From Lama glama (Eukaryota), in NCBI GenBank assembly GCA_028534125.1, contig CM052817.1, positions 105,774,001 through 105,838,000 on the forward strand: DNA of 64,000 nucleotides, read 5' to 3'. Made by a program: the position numbers and the translations under genes. The notes beneath the pieces were generated by a model that saw nothing but the letters and a program-made list of their open reading frames with translations, had not been told where the DNA came from and did not search any database. Shown in pieces: positions 38,746 to 52,732 of the stretch. Position 1 is the first letter of the stretch. Each line of letters opens with the position of its first letter.

Positions 38746-38793
38746 AATTATTAAAACTCCACCCACCAAGCTGTGGGTGGAGTTTTAATAATT
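38746..38793. repeat. Perfect 21-bp inverted repeat with 6-nt spacer
   Basis: aattattaaaactccacccac-caagct-gtgggtggagttttaataatt. Confidence 0.97.
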
Positions 38794-40779
38794 ATTCAAA
38801 CTAAAGACTTCATAACAGAAGTCCATGAAGGCAAGAAACTGGACCATTTCTTTTTTATTCTCAGGGTGGTAGGCTCTATAATTAAGATTCATGAATCAGT
38901 CAGATATTTTGTGATTTGATCACATTAATAGTAGCAGAGCAGCTAAAATTCACAAGCTCTAATGTTTTATAAATAATAAATTTGTTTTGGGGCCACCTAT
39001 AGTTATTCTTTAAAATTTCTTTTAAATTCTCACAAATCAGTGAATGATTTACAGAAACCTTTCATGGGTTGCAATATTCATAACTTATTTAGCATTACAG
39101 TATAACCCTTAAACCAATCTATTCAATGCCTAATCCTTAATTAAAAGTGGAAATTTATACGCTATTTCTTACAAGGTGGTATGATCAAAAGATAAGCACC
39201 TTGCATTGCTGTTATCCACTAGCAGACTTTCCTTATGCTAAAAGTAATGATTTGAAAAAAAAAATCAAAGAAAATTAAAAATCCAATGACATCCAGGTTT
39301 TTTTTTTTTTAGCTAGTTCATGATTCTTTTAATTGATATGTAGCCATTAAAATGTATAGTCTTCCAGGTTGGTTATACACACTTTAAATCATCTTAAATG
39401 CTCTGATTCCTCGTACAAGTTCTCATCAATAGATGAGTAAGTATGATTTGCCAGCGATTGGTACGGCTCCCCACTGTGCGTCCTGCTGTCGAAGTTTCTA
39501 GAAGAAGAGCATTCGACATAGCTAACTAAACCATACATTCACCGTGTGTGGGCAGTTTCTTACATTGATTGGTGAAACTCTGAGGAATTCGATTCATCAC
39601 ATCATTTTTGTTCTTTAGACACTGGTTTGCCGTAGAAGAGTTTTTGTTAGAATCCGTCAAGTGTGTCTTGAAAAATAATAAAACAAGCAAACAACTGAAC
39701 AGATCCAGGAGTGGCTTTATTTTTACTGGATTCTTTAATTTGGAAGCAGTCATCTTACCTGTTTACTTACTTTTTGGTGTGGCATTTTAAAGTTAGTTTT
39801 CACTTCTATGCCTCAATCTATTTATATTTAATCTTCTTACTAAATGATGTTCCCATTTTGTGAAAAATATTATAAATCATGGAAGGCGCTTTGTACTCAC
39901 GCAGTCTGAATTTTGTAAGGACAGTGCTGATAGGGGAAAGTGTAGTTATAGCTTCTCTGAGAATAAAGGGAAGGAAGATGAAAAATACTGAAAGCAGAAT
40001 AATGAAAATAGTCCTTTAAAAAGGATAATTGAATAGAGTACTTAGACTTTAACTTGAATACAATTAAATTAAAATAGAGATACCCCAAGGGACTGTTCTA
40101 AAATTCAGAAAAAAATTAAATTGGCAAAGAAATTGAAAAGCAAAAATATATATATATGGACAAGAGATTAATTGTAAAGAAAGTATAGATCCAAAGTGAT
40201 TGTGATTGTATATTAGTGATAAAGAAGAAAACAGAAATAAAATCTGTTTACTAGGTTTATAGACTGTGTGAATGAGAGAATAGAGGCTCAGTTAAAGTAA
40301 GATGTAAGGTTATTTGCCTGGAGTAGTTTGTGGCTAATATGAAGAGAAAAAAAGGGAAGTGGAGAAAGCATGGTGTGGAGGTAAATAAATACCATAGATG
40401 TCAAATAGCACTTAGAGCCCAGCATTGGTAACCTTGACAAAACATTCAAATATCCGTAAGGTGATTATGTTTATTTCCTAGAAAAATTCAGAGGCAAAAA
40501 TTCCCAACTGTTTAAAAATGATTGAAAAGATGTAATAATAATGAAGGTAAATATCCTTCTGTGATAAAGGCAGCAAAATCCAAGTAAGTGTTCCCACTGA
40601 AGTGGAGCATATCATATACATAAACTTAGGTAAGGTTCTAGGATGCAGTGGTCCTCAGATCTATGTAAACTATTTGTTACAGAAAAGTCAATAGGGAATT
40701 TGAAAATACTAATTTCTAAGAAAGTGTTTGGTTGTGTTAATATCTAGGCAAAAGAATTAAAAAAAAGAAATGGAAATTT

Positions 40780-43700
40780 CCAGTTGTCAGTTTCACATGT
40801 AAGGTGCTTGAAAGTTGCCATTCTGTTCTAACAATAAATATAAAGTTGAACAGACTGAAAAATCAATAATACTTCTTAGATCTGTAATGGAGGTGAAGGA
40901 ACAGGGCAAACCACTACTCCCAAGATTGGTGAGACAGACAGGGAGTCATGTATCACCAAAACAGGGCTCACAAGCAGAAAACTCAGAGTAACCACTGCTG
41001 GGATAGGAGAAACTGAACAGGAGTTTACAAATTGCTCGTGGTTCAGAGAGGACAAGTCTGAGAATTACAACCTGCAGGGAGACCCAGTCATAGGGGCCCC
41101 ACATTTTTGTGAGTTTTACTTCCAAAAGATTGACCAAGATCTTACAGTAAATACTGGAGAAAATGCCCCACGGACTCTCAGCAGGGAGTGGAGGAAGGGA
41201 ATCCTTGTGAGACATGCCAGATCTTTCAGTTTTTCTTTAAAAAGTCTGCTCTTAGGACAAAGTGGTTAACTAGAGTCTAACCTACTGGAGATATTATCAG
41301 CGCATAACTGACCCAGGAGAAGGACAGTACCCAACTCCAGCCCACTCGAGCTGCTCAGTTCCATCTGAAAGAGTGGGAGTTGGGGAGACTGGGAAGCTCT
41401 TGTGAAATTCACAGTCCAGAGGCATGGACTCACTGAAAGACTGGGAGCTAATTATAGGACTGTAGAACCATTTCTCCTCCTTCCACACCTTATCATCACA
41501 TTTCTAAAGTCCTACTTATAATAGTTGCTTTTCCTCAGTCCACCATTTCCAGTCATCAAGAAAAAAACTTCAAGAAATATAAAAAGCAAAGAAAACAAAG
41601 ATTAAAAACAAAATTAAGGGGTAGAACCAGCATAAGAACCAGATATGGCCAGAATGTTGGAATTATTAGACCATAATTTAAAATAACTATGATTAATATG
41701 CTAGGGCTGTAATCAACAAACTACACAGCATGCAAGAAAAAATGAGAAACGTAAACAGAGAGATTGAAATCCTAAGAAAGAACAAAAAAGAAATGCTAGA
41801 GATAAAAGAATACTGTAACAAAAATGCAGAATGTCTTTGGTGGACTTATTAGTAGACTAGGCATGGCTCAGGAAAGAATTTCTGAGCTCAGGGATATATC
41901 AACAGAAACCCCTGAAACTAAAAGGTAGAAATAACAAAGACTGAAAAAAAAAAAAAAGAACAGAATATCCCAAAACCATGGGACAGCCATAAACCATATA
42001 GCATTCCTATAAAGGGAATACCAAGAGAAAAACAGAATGAGAAACAGAAAAAAAAATTGAAACAATAATGACCAAGAATTTCCCAGAATTAATATCAAAC
42101 ACCAAACAGATACTAGAAATTCAGAGAACACCAAGCAGAAGGAAAATGCCTAAAGAGCTAGACCTAGGCATGTTATTTTTCAAATGAAAGAAAGAAAGAC
42201 TCTTAAAAGCAACCAGAGAGGGAGAAAACACTTTACACATTGAGGAGAAAAGGCAAGATTTATATATGACTTCTCCACAGAAACCATGCTAGCAGGAGGA
42301 GAGCTGGGTGAAAATATTTGAAATGCTGAGGAAAACAAAGCCATCAACCTAGAATTCTCTACCCTGTGAGATTGTCCTTCCAAAGTAAAGGACACATAAA
42401 GATGTTCTCTGACACATAAAACTGATGAGATTTGTTGCCAGTAAACTGTACTTCAAAGAAATGTTTAAAAATTTTTCTTTAGAGAGGAAGAAAATAATAT
42501 ACAATATCATATATATAAAATATAATATATATAAATAATATATAATATCTGAAAATAATATGAGAAACTTAGAGGAGCATCAAAGATGGAATACAGGAAA
42601 CTAAAATATAAACTTTTGCTTTTCTTATTCTAAATTGATCTGGGAGAGAACAGTTTGTTCAAAATCACAATAGCGACAATATATTCGATTATGCATGCGT
42701 GTGTACATATCTTATATGTATATATGTATACATACACATATAGTATATGTATACATATATCTCTATATATGCCTATGTATGCTTAAATAGAAGTGAAATG
42801 AATAATAGCAATGATACAAGGAATGGGAGGGAGGAATTATAATGATTTAGTTACTATAAGGTACTCACATTATCCATGAAGTAGAATAGTGTTATTTTAA
42901 GGTGGACTTGGATTAGCTGTAAATGTGTATTGCAAAATCCATGGCAACCACAACACAGTTTTTAAAGTATAGCTAATATGCTAGGAAAAGAGAGAAAATG
43001 GAATTATATAAAATGCCTAATTAAGATAATGGCAGAAAAAGAGAATGGGAGAGGAAAGTAGGAATAAAAAACAAAATTAGAAAATAACAAATATGGCTGA
43101 TAGTAATCGAACTACATCAATCAGCATTTTGAACATTAATGGTCTCAATGTATCCATTAAAAAATAGAAATTATAACTGTGGATTAAAAAACAAGACTCA
43201 AATATATATTGTCTAAAATAAACCCACTTTAAGTATAAAGACAAATATAGATTAAAAGTAAGTGGATAGAAGCACAGACACCACGCTAGCATTAATCAAA
43301 AGAAAACAGGAGTAGCTAAGACAATTTCAGATGGAGAAGACTACAAAGTAAAGAAAGTTATCAGGGACAAAGAAGAGCTTGGCATAATGATAAAGGAGTC
43401 AGTTCTCCAAAAAGATAAAACAATCCTTAACATGTATACATCTAACAACAGACTGTTAAAATATGTGAGTCAAAAGCTAATAGAATTACAAATAGAAATA
43501 CATAAATTTACTATTACACTTGGAGATATCAACACCTCACTATCAGAAATGAATAGGAGGCAGAAAATCAGTAAGAACATAGTTGATCGCTGCTGTATCA
43601 TCCATCAACTGGGTATAATTGACAGTTACAGACTGCTCCATCCAACAACAGCAGAATAAACATTTTTTCTTAAATTCACTTGGAATATTCATCAAAATAG

Positions 43701-46478
43701 GCTACATTCTGGAAAATAAAACACAAATTAACAAATTTAAGTGAATAAAAATTATACAATGCCTGCCCTTGGATTACAATGGACTCAAACTAGAAATCAA
43801 AAGCGTACCTGGAGGATCCCAAACATGTGGTTAATGGAGATTAAACAATATTCTTCTAAATAACATAATGGGTCAAAGAATAAATCTCAAAAGAAATTGG
43901 AAAATATTTGTAACTAAATGAAAACACAACTTATCAGTTCGTGGGATACAGCAAAAGCAGTGTTTATAAGGAAATTTATGGCATTGAATGAATATGTTAG
44001 AAAAGAAGGAAGATGTAAAATCAATAATCTAAGTTTCCACCTTGGAAATTAGAAGAAGAGTAAAATAAATCCAAAATAAACAGATGCCAAGAAATAATAA
44101 CAATTAAAGCATAAATCAATAAATTTTTTAAAAAGGAAATTAATAGAGAAAATAAACAAAAATTGGGTCCTTGATAAAATAAAAAAGGTCTATTAGCTTC
44201 TAGACAGGCTAATTAAGATAAAAAGAGAGAGAACTCAAATTATAAATACCCAAAATGAAAGAGAGGATATCACTATGGATCCTAAGATTATGAAAAGGAT
44301 AATAAATGAGTACTTTGTACAACTCTATCTATGCTCACAATTTTGATAACTTAGGTGAAATGGTACAACTCCTTCAAAGACACAACCTGCTAAAACTCAC
44401 ACAATTATGGACAAACATCTCTCATGAACATAAATGAAAATCTTCTCAACAAAATACCAGCAACCAAATCCATAAATGTATACAAGGAATTGTACACTAC
44501 AACCAATTGTGATTTAATACAGGCGTACAAAGCTGGTACAACATTTAAATATCTATTAATGAAACCCATCACATCAACAAGATAAAAAGTAAAAATAATA
44601 TAAAAACACAATACCTATAATATTCACATCCCCAAAAGTAAAATACTCAAATATAAATCTAACAAAATATGTACAACATTTATGAACAAAACTACAAAAC
44701 TCGGATGAACAAAATCAAAAAGGAACTAAACACATGGGGAGATACTCCATGTTCATGGATAGAAATTTCAATATTGTTAAGACGTCAGTGCTTTCTAACT
44801 TGATCTATGGATTAAATTCAGTGCCAGTAAAAACACCAGAAGGTTATTTTCTGGATATTGACAAATTCATTTTGAAGTTTATATGGAGAGGCAAAAGACC
44901 CTGAACAGACAACACAAGATTGAAAAAGAAGAGCAAAGTTGAAGGACAAATGCTGCCGGGCTTCAAGACTTACTATACAATCAAGACAATGTGCTATTGG
45001 CAAGAGAACAGACAAATAGATCAATGGAACAGACTAAAGATCCCAGAAATAGACCCCCATAATTATAATCAGCTGATCTCGGACAAAGGAGCAAAGGCAT
45101 TTCAATGGAGCAAAAACAGTCTTTTCAACAAATTGTGCTGAAAAAACTGGACATTCATATACAGAAAAAACTAACCTACACACTGATCTTTAACTTTTCA
45201 CAATAATTAAATCAAAATGGATCATAGACCTAAATGTGAAACACAAAACTATTAAAAGCAAGCCTAGGAAATAATGTAGGAGAAAACCCAGAAGGCCGTA
45301 GGCATTCCAATGACTTCTTAGAAGTAAAACCAAAGTTGCAGTCCATGAGAGAAAGAATTGATAGGCTGGACTTCATTAAAATTAAAAACTTCTGCTCTTT
45401 GAAAGACACTGTTGAGAGAATAAGAAGAGACACAGCCTGGGAGAAAATATTTGCAAAGGACTTATGTGGTAAAGGTCTATTACCAAAAATAGAAAAAACC
45501 TTAAACCATAATCTTGAGACAGAAATATCTCAACAATAAAAAAAAAAACCTGATTAAAAATGGGCTAAATATCTTCACAGACACCTCATCAAAGATTTAG
45601 AGGTGGCAAATAAGCCATAAAAAGTTGCTCCACATCATAGTTTATCAGGGAAATGCAAATTAAAAGAACAATGAGATACCACTATTCACCTATTACAAAG
45701 GCCAAAATCCAGCAGTGTGACAGCATTAAATGTTAGCAAAGATGTAGAGCAACAGAAACTCTCATTCATCATTGGTGTGAAAGCAAAATGACATGGCAAC
45801 TTTGGAAGAAAGTTTGGCAGTTTCTTATTATTTATTCAAATGAGTTGGGAACATGTCCACACACATACCTGCACATGAATGTTTATAACAGCTTTATTTA
45901 TAATTACCAAAACTTAGAAGCAACCACAATACCCTTCAGAAGGTTAATGAATAAACAAAATTGTTGAACAGTATTCAGTACTAAAAATAAATGAGCTGTC
46001 AAGTCATAAAAAGACATGGAGAAACCTTAAATTCATAATACTTAGTGAAAGAAGTCAATCTGAAAAAGTTACATATTGTATGATTCCAACTATTGGCATT
46101 CTGGAAAAGGAAAAACTATGGAGACAGTAAAAAGATTTGGTGATTGCTAAGGGTTGGTAGAAGAAAGGGATAAAAAGCACAGAGGAGATTTATGGCCTTG
46201 AAAATACTCTATATGATGCCATGATGGTGGATACATGTCATTGTACATTTGTCGAAATGAATAGAATGCACAACTCCAAGCGTGAAGTCTCATGTGATGT
46301 ACAGACTCTGGATGATTGTGATGTGCCAAAGTAGGTTCATCGATTGAAAAAGAGACTTGTCTGGTATGTTGATAATGTGGGATAATGTTTTTACATGGTG
46401 GAGGCAGGAGATGCATGAGAAATCTCCATAGCTTTCTCTCAATTTTTGCTGTGAACCTAAAACCGTTCTAAAATAAAA
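40780..46478 (+). mobile_element. Near full-length decayed LINE-1 (L1MC/L1MD-like): 5'UTR, ORF1, spacer, internally deleted ORF2, 3'UTR
   Basis: ORF1-like sequence at about 41650-42470. Endonuclease remnant in ORF 43387-43659 (ITLGDINTSLSEM). ORF2 remnants in ORFs 44920-45141 and 45336-45539. 3'UTR ending gctgtgaacctaaaaccgttctaaaataaaa. Confidence 0.9.
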
Positions 46479-46577
46479 CCCTAGTAATTGGTCTGACCAC
46501 TTCTAGGTAGATGCCTGAGTTTTCAGTAAAGAATATAATTGAATAGTGAGTGGCTCTTTTGGTGAGAGAGAAGGAGA

Positions 46578-47000
46578 ATGTAGTGCCAAATAAAAAGAAA
46601 TCTAGACTTAGATCTGAGACTTTCTGAAAAAAGGCTGTTGCAATAGAGAGGAGGCTCTGATGTCAGTGATTCACAAACATTCTCCCAATCAAGCAAACAA
46701 CAACAAAAAAACACTTTTCTCTTATACATATACCTAAGTAGGGCTGGCAGAGATTTTGTGAGAGAGGAGAGTAAGCAGTTTGAGTGTGCAGGTGATGAAT
46801 CAGGATGCCATGAACTATCAAGAAATGTCTCTCAGCGTAGTTCGCTGATTCTCACATCGAGCTGGTGAGGAGCTACATTCTGCACTTCAGGCCTTAGTGT
46901 TTTCTCAAACTTGGTTGGGGAGGAAAGAAGTCTGATTAAAGTTAGGTGAAGCCAAAGTTTAGTGGATAAGTTTAGGGCAACTGTGAACATTTGGTTAGTG
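46578..47000 (-). mobile_element. Possible old ERV1 LTR (MER31/MER67-like)
   Basis: tgtagtgccaaataaaaagaaatctagacttag...ttgcaatagagagg resembles the antisense end of these families. Weak match. Confidence 0.4.
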
Positions 47001-48769
47001 GGTGTTAGAGAAAGGTGGTAAAGATTTGTATTTAGAGATAATATATGCCCAATTCGAAATCTTTAATGTGGAATAAAATAATGAGGTTCATGAAGGGTAG
47101 GTCATTAAAATGAGAAAATCAAAAAGCCTTTGTTTGCTAGTAATCAGATTCCAGAATATAAGATTTCCATTTATAGAATTTGTGCCAGTATCTTACACAT
47201 ATTATTGGCTTGCTTCCTACTAAATTCTTTAGATTTTAGTCATCTTGAATTGACTGAGAAATTTTCATAGATCTAGAGGTCTTTCAGCCACAATTTAAAT
47301 AAATTAATATAAGATAATTATGATAAAGTTATTGCATATATACATACGTTATATTATAGTATATATGTATACAATGGTGGATCTGAGATATAAATTAAGG
47401 AAATACAAAATATGTGATCTCTATAAAATTTAGAAATAAATGATTTGTTTATAAACATGAAGAGATTATACCAAAATTTTTAGTTCAAGAATAATTTGTA
47501 AATATCTTTTGAGTTTTCAGTTAGTGTTGCTTAAAACCTTTAGAATTGAAAATTTCCAAAAAATATGTGAATCAGATGCATTCTTTATAGTAGTATAATC
47601 TGGTTTCAGTTGTCATTTGAATTCACTTTGGATGGAGTTTTTTCATACTCTCTCAGTAGACACGGACATAAATATTTTATCTTTTGAAATTGTGGAACTG
47701 GGATAGTGGAAATATTATAGTGCACATGGTGAACTAAAATGCAGTATACACCACACTGTGGTATTTACACCTCGAATTCTCTACCTTGTTCATTCCCTCC
47801 AATTTCATTTACAGTCAGAGTGTAGTGAAGATGCATGTTATATTATAGCAACCTTCAATTCAGTCAAAATTCAATTCAAAATGAGCGTCAATGTTTGTTC
47901 TGTCAATGAGCATTGACTTTATCTCTGTCTTAATGTGTCATTTTAATATTACCAATGTCCAGGAACATGCAATTTGTAATTCATACATCAATGAGAGTTT
48001 TACGCAGTGATATATTTAGTTGATCCAAGAAAACTTAGTTTATATGAATACAGAGAGTCAAACAAGCTAAAGAAATAAGCCGTAAAAGGTCAAATTCTCT
48101 CAAAGAAAAAAAAAAAAAATCAAAGACAACCTGACATTTATTTGCTTGGCTGCATTTATTTTACCAGAAATTGTCATTATAAAGGGATTACTTTATCCAA
48201 AATGAGTAGAATAGAAGGTGCCAGAATGTCATTTTTACTCACGGTGTACAAATAGGAATTAGAATTTACAGATCTAAATGTAATAAGTCTTCCTGTTAAA
48301 TGAGAGTAACTTGTCAGGTTGAAATAGAAAGAGTATTCCAGTTGGAAAAAAATAGCATTCCAGAAAGTATTCAAGTAATACAATACAAGACCTCTCTGGA
48401 AATGATAAGTGTTCACTTTAAATTTGGCCACATGGTATGAGCTGTGGAATAAGAAAAGTTTGAAAAGAGAATGTATTGCAAAATGCTGTAATTATTTTAT
48501 TCAATTCAATAGGTAATACTGTTTTGGTTTTGAGTAAATAAATATTGACTCATTTTTTAAAAAACAGGATAGGCATGTAAACAGAGTTAGATTTTTGTGA
48601 TGATTTATCTGACCAAAAATATAGGTGTTGTTATACAGACCTGAAGGTAAAAAAATCAGTCAAGAAACATAGTAGAGAACTGACCTGGAAAGAAATTATT
48701 TGACAGGTAAGTGAGGGCAGAATTAAGTGACAGTGTAAGAAAAATATAAACAGATGAGAAAAAGGGTAA

Positions 48770-48990
48770 GTGACATTTATTGAGCAGGTACTGTATGCTT
48801 ATTGTTTTGCTAATAATCTCAGAGTTATATCTAATTTGCATAATATTTCATCTTGAAAGGTATTAATATGACTATTTGAAAGATTAAAAAATTGGAGGTC
48901 CATAGACATGAAATGGTTAGCTTGAAAGTGCTAACATAGGCATTCACACCTAACTCTGGCTCCTAACTTCAGGTACTTTCTACTCCCTCA
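48770..48990 (-). mobile_element. MIR SINE relic
   Basis: acatttattgagcaggtactgtatgc...aaattggagg...taactctggctcc. Confidence 0.55.
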
Positions 48991-49231
48991 CATGGTATGA
49001 TTATAGGACAAAGACATATGAGTGGTCCTAAGAATAAAGACTAAGAATTCTCGAAGTGGTGCATGGGTTCAGTTTTTAAATAAACTGAATGTTAAGAACA
49101 AATGGAGCTGTCTTACAGACTTTTAGAAATACACAGCAATGTTGAGAAATGAAGTTAAGGTGGAAAAATGAATTTGAGAATTACCCAAATAAATTAATTC
49201 TTTGTAGCAAGAAAATGGATGAGATGCCTAT

Positions 49232-49447
49232 CGCTGTGTTGCCCAACATGGTAGCAAATAATCAATTGTGTGGCTCTGGAGAACTTAAAATGTGGCCAGT
49301 GCATCTGAAAGAATGAATATTTAATTTTATTTTTTAATTTATCTGCTTCCCCAAAATAGTCTATTTAAAAAATAAATGTTATTTTTAATGTAGCTAATAG
49401 AACTGAAAATTATATAAGTGGCTCACATTATACTTTTATTGGACCCT
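49232..49447. mobile_element. hAT-Charlie MITE relic (MER3/MER33-like)
   Basis: gttgcccaacatggtagc...aaatgtggccagtgca...gtggctcacattatacttttattggac. Confidence 0.6.
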
Positions 49448-51414
49448 GATGACCCAGTGAGCAAGATGAGAAACCTAAGACCACAAACCTAATTTGTGGT
49501 CTCCTGCCCAGGATGTGAACTCGGGAGTCTGTGGTTTCAGACCACCCAGGAGATAGATGAGTGTCTCTAATGAGAGTAACTGATTAACAGGAAAAATCCA
49601 GTAAAAGGAAAAAAAAAATGGGATTTTCCCTCCCATTACCTGTCTTCCAAAGGTGGGAAAAATAAACAAACATGCCAATTATAATGAATTCTAAAATATC
49701 AAGTGTTCACAATTTGGAATTTATTCCAGGAGTTTTTATTTGATTACTTCATAGAGTAGAATTTATTCTTTTAATAACTTGTTTGATTAAAATATCTCAT
49801 ACAACAAACAACCTTGTCCAAATATTAGACATAATAAAAATTAAAATGCTATTTATTCTAGAACTCACCCTGTTTCCTCTCCATAGGAGGAAACTCCTTG
49901 AGGTTAGGAAATTTGAGGATCATAATTTAGAATTTCTTTACTGTGAGTAAATTATCAATCGGTCACAACTTAGTACAGGAACATAACAAATATATTTTCT
50001 CTGTCATAGAATTTTTGCTTGTATGCTAAACAACTTTGAGTAGTTTTTCAAGTATGGTATTTTTCCTTTAAAGCATTTAATTTCCTATTATTTTTGGTCC
50101 AAGTGCTTTAGAGGCCAAAATATTAATTATAACACTTTAAGTATGTGTTTATTTTATTCATCCATTTCATAAACTTGCAGTGAGTGAAAATTCATGGAGT
50201 TTGACAAATGATTTATCTGGTTAATTCTGACAACAAATGAGACTTGTTAATTCTAACTGGCTGGTGACCCCTGAATTCAGAGGACAAACGTCCTCTGACT
50301 GTTATAGAAGCCTGGCTCATCTCTCTCCTCCAGTCTTACCATCATTTACCCTTCTCTACTTAATCTTTAAAAAAATATCTTTGTCATCCACATTATTGAA
50401 ACTTTCCCTTCAATGTACATTTCTACCAGGTACCCTATCTTTTGCCTTATTTCTCATCCAAGATTCCTTAAATATTAGAATAAATTTGATTGTGAGGAAC
50501 TCTAAAGGACAATTAAGTTTGTCTAGCACAAGTAGTTTTAAACTTGTTTGCTTCTATCAGCAGCCCTGACATGAGCCTAATTATCAAACATATATATGAG
50601 TTATTTGCTATACACGTCTGCTTCAGGAATCTTGAAGACCACATGCCCAAGTTCGCTGGGAACTTAAAAGAAATGATCAGTCCATTCAACTCTCAGTGTT
50701 TGTCCAGTGTTCTCTAGCATCAACTTTTATGATATATGTTTGAAAATGTGATATATCGTGAAAATGGGGAGAATTACATAAGACAAACAGGTCCTTATGC
50801 TTCGTTTTCAACCATTTACACTATCATTTATCCCCCCTTAAGGTTACATCATCTTGTCACCATACTACAATTGCAGTGATTATCAAGAGGAAGAGGAAGC
50901 AAGAACTTGCAACATATCATTACACTCAGCACATAGGTTAAGAGAGATACTTGTCATTTGAAAATGTACCACAGGTTATCATGATATGCACCAAAATAAT
51001 ACATGATTTTGTTGAAGATTGCTTTTCAGGGTTGAACACAAAAAATTTCATTTTTTTTTTTATTGTGCTCAGGTTACTTAGGTTTTTTAAGAAGTCTTTC
51101 CTGTAGGAAAGATCAAATCAGTACTACTTAGGACGCCTGCTTGTGCTGTTATCCTCTCCTGTCCTCCACGTGACACTGTATTTAGGCAGCAAATATATTT
51201 ATAAGATAAAAAATAGATAATATGCATAGGCAATAAATAGACCAGAATGCTTAGATGTAAGTGAAGAAGATACGGACCATCTTCAGTTAAAATGTAGAGA
51301 CAAATTTGCATAATTTTCTCTTACGGTGCCTTCTGTACTTCAGAACTACCCTGGTAGAACCCTTATGCATCAAAATTTAGTCTTAGAAAATCATTCTAGA
51401 GAGTAAAAAGGAGG

Positions 51415-51790
51415 GAAGCTGACATTTGCTGAGTGATCGTGCTCCAGGCACTATGCTACCACTTGTCCCACCTGCGTCATTTTGGTGTCTTGCCACACCT
51501 CCTGTACTACATCTTACAAACGGAGAGAATACAGAATTTCATCACATGATCACATGCTCTGATTTCTGCTTTAGACAGCAGTGCCAAAGCATCTGTAGGA
51601 CTTGGACTCATAGGGATATAGAATTTTGGAGTTGAAAGGGGCTATGTAGATTTTTCAGCCTAGCTCCGCTATTCAGTGCAAGATTTGAGGTCATATGTCT
51701 TAAAAGAATAGTCAAGTTCATGCAGACCTTTAGAGAGGATACCAAAACCAGACATTTGCCTACTTACCCCAATTCTCATATACGCCTATC
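51415..51790 (-). mobile_element. MIR-family relics
   Basis: gctgacatttgctgagtg...ccaggcactatgcta and atagaattttggagttgaaaggg motifs. Confidence 0.5.
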
Positions 51791-51959
51791 CACAGATGGC
51801 CCCTTCTCAGCTAAAACTGATTTTCCCTTTTTAATTGTATATTATTGTCTGCATTTTCCTAAAACTCTTTATTACACTGTATTTGATTTGTATCAGAAAT
51901 GAGGGCTTAATGTAAGATATGCAAACAGTACAGTGCATTGCATTTACTGCTAATTTTCC

Positions 51960-52232
51960 ACAGAGGTATAATTGACACAACACTATATTAGTTTCAGATG
52001 TACAATATAATAATTCGTAATTTGTGTATATTGCAAAATGATCATGACAGTAAGTCCAACTAACATCTGTCACCATATATTGTTACAATACTTTTTATTT
52101 TGATGAGAACTTTCAAGATCCACTCTCCCTAGCTACTTTCAAATATGCAATATAATATTAATTATAGTCACCATGCTGTACGCCATAAGGTCCCTATGAC
52201 TGATTATTTAACTGAAATTTGTACTTTTTGAC
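51960..52232 (-). mobile_element. L1MA9-like 3' end, cut by a gap
   Basis: gaggtataattgacacaacactatattagtttcagatgtaca...atgagaactttcaagatccactct. Confidence 0.85.
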
Positions 52233-52732
52233 NNNNNNNNNNNNNNNNNNNNNNNNNNNNNNNNNNNNNNNNNNNNNNNNNNNNNNNNNNNNNNNNNNNN
52301 NNNNNNNNNNNNNNNNNNNNNNNNNNNNNNNNNNNNNNNNNNNNNNNNNNNNNNNNNNNNNNNNNNNNNNNNNNNNNNNNNNNNNNNNNNNNNNNNNNNN
52401 NNNNNNNNNNNNNNNNNNNNNNNNNNNNNNNNNNNNNNNNNNNNNNNNNNNNNNNNNNNNNNNNNNNNNNNNNNNNNNNNNNNNNNNNNNNNNNNNNNNN
52501 NNNNNNNNNNNNNNNNNNNNNNNNNNNNNNNNNNNNNNNNNNNNNNNNNNNNNNNNNNNNNNNNNNNNNNNNNNNNNNNNNNNNNNNNNNNNNNNNNNNN
52601 NNNNNNNNNNNNNNNNNNNNNNNNNNNNNNNNNNNNNNNNNNNNNNNNNNNNNNNNNNNNNNNNNNNNNNNNNNNNNNNNNNNNNNNNNNNNNNNNNNNN
52701 NNNNNNNNNNNNNNNNNNNNNNNNNNNNNNNN
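52233..52732. other. Assembly gap (exactly 500 N)
   Basis: N run counted from coordinates. Confidence 1.
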
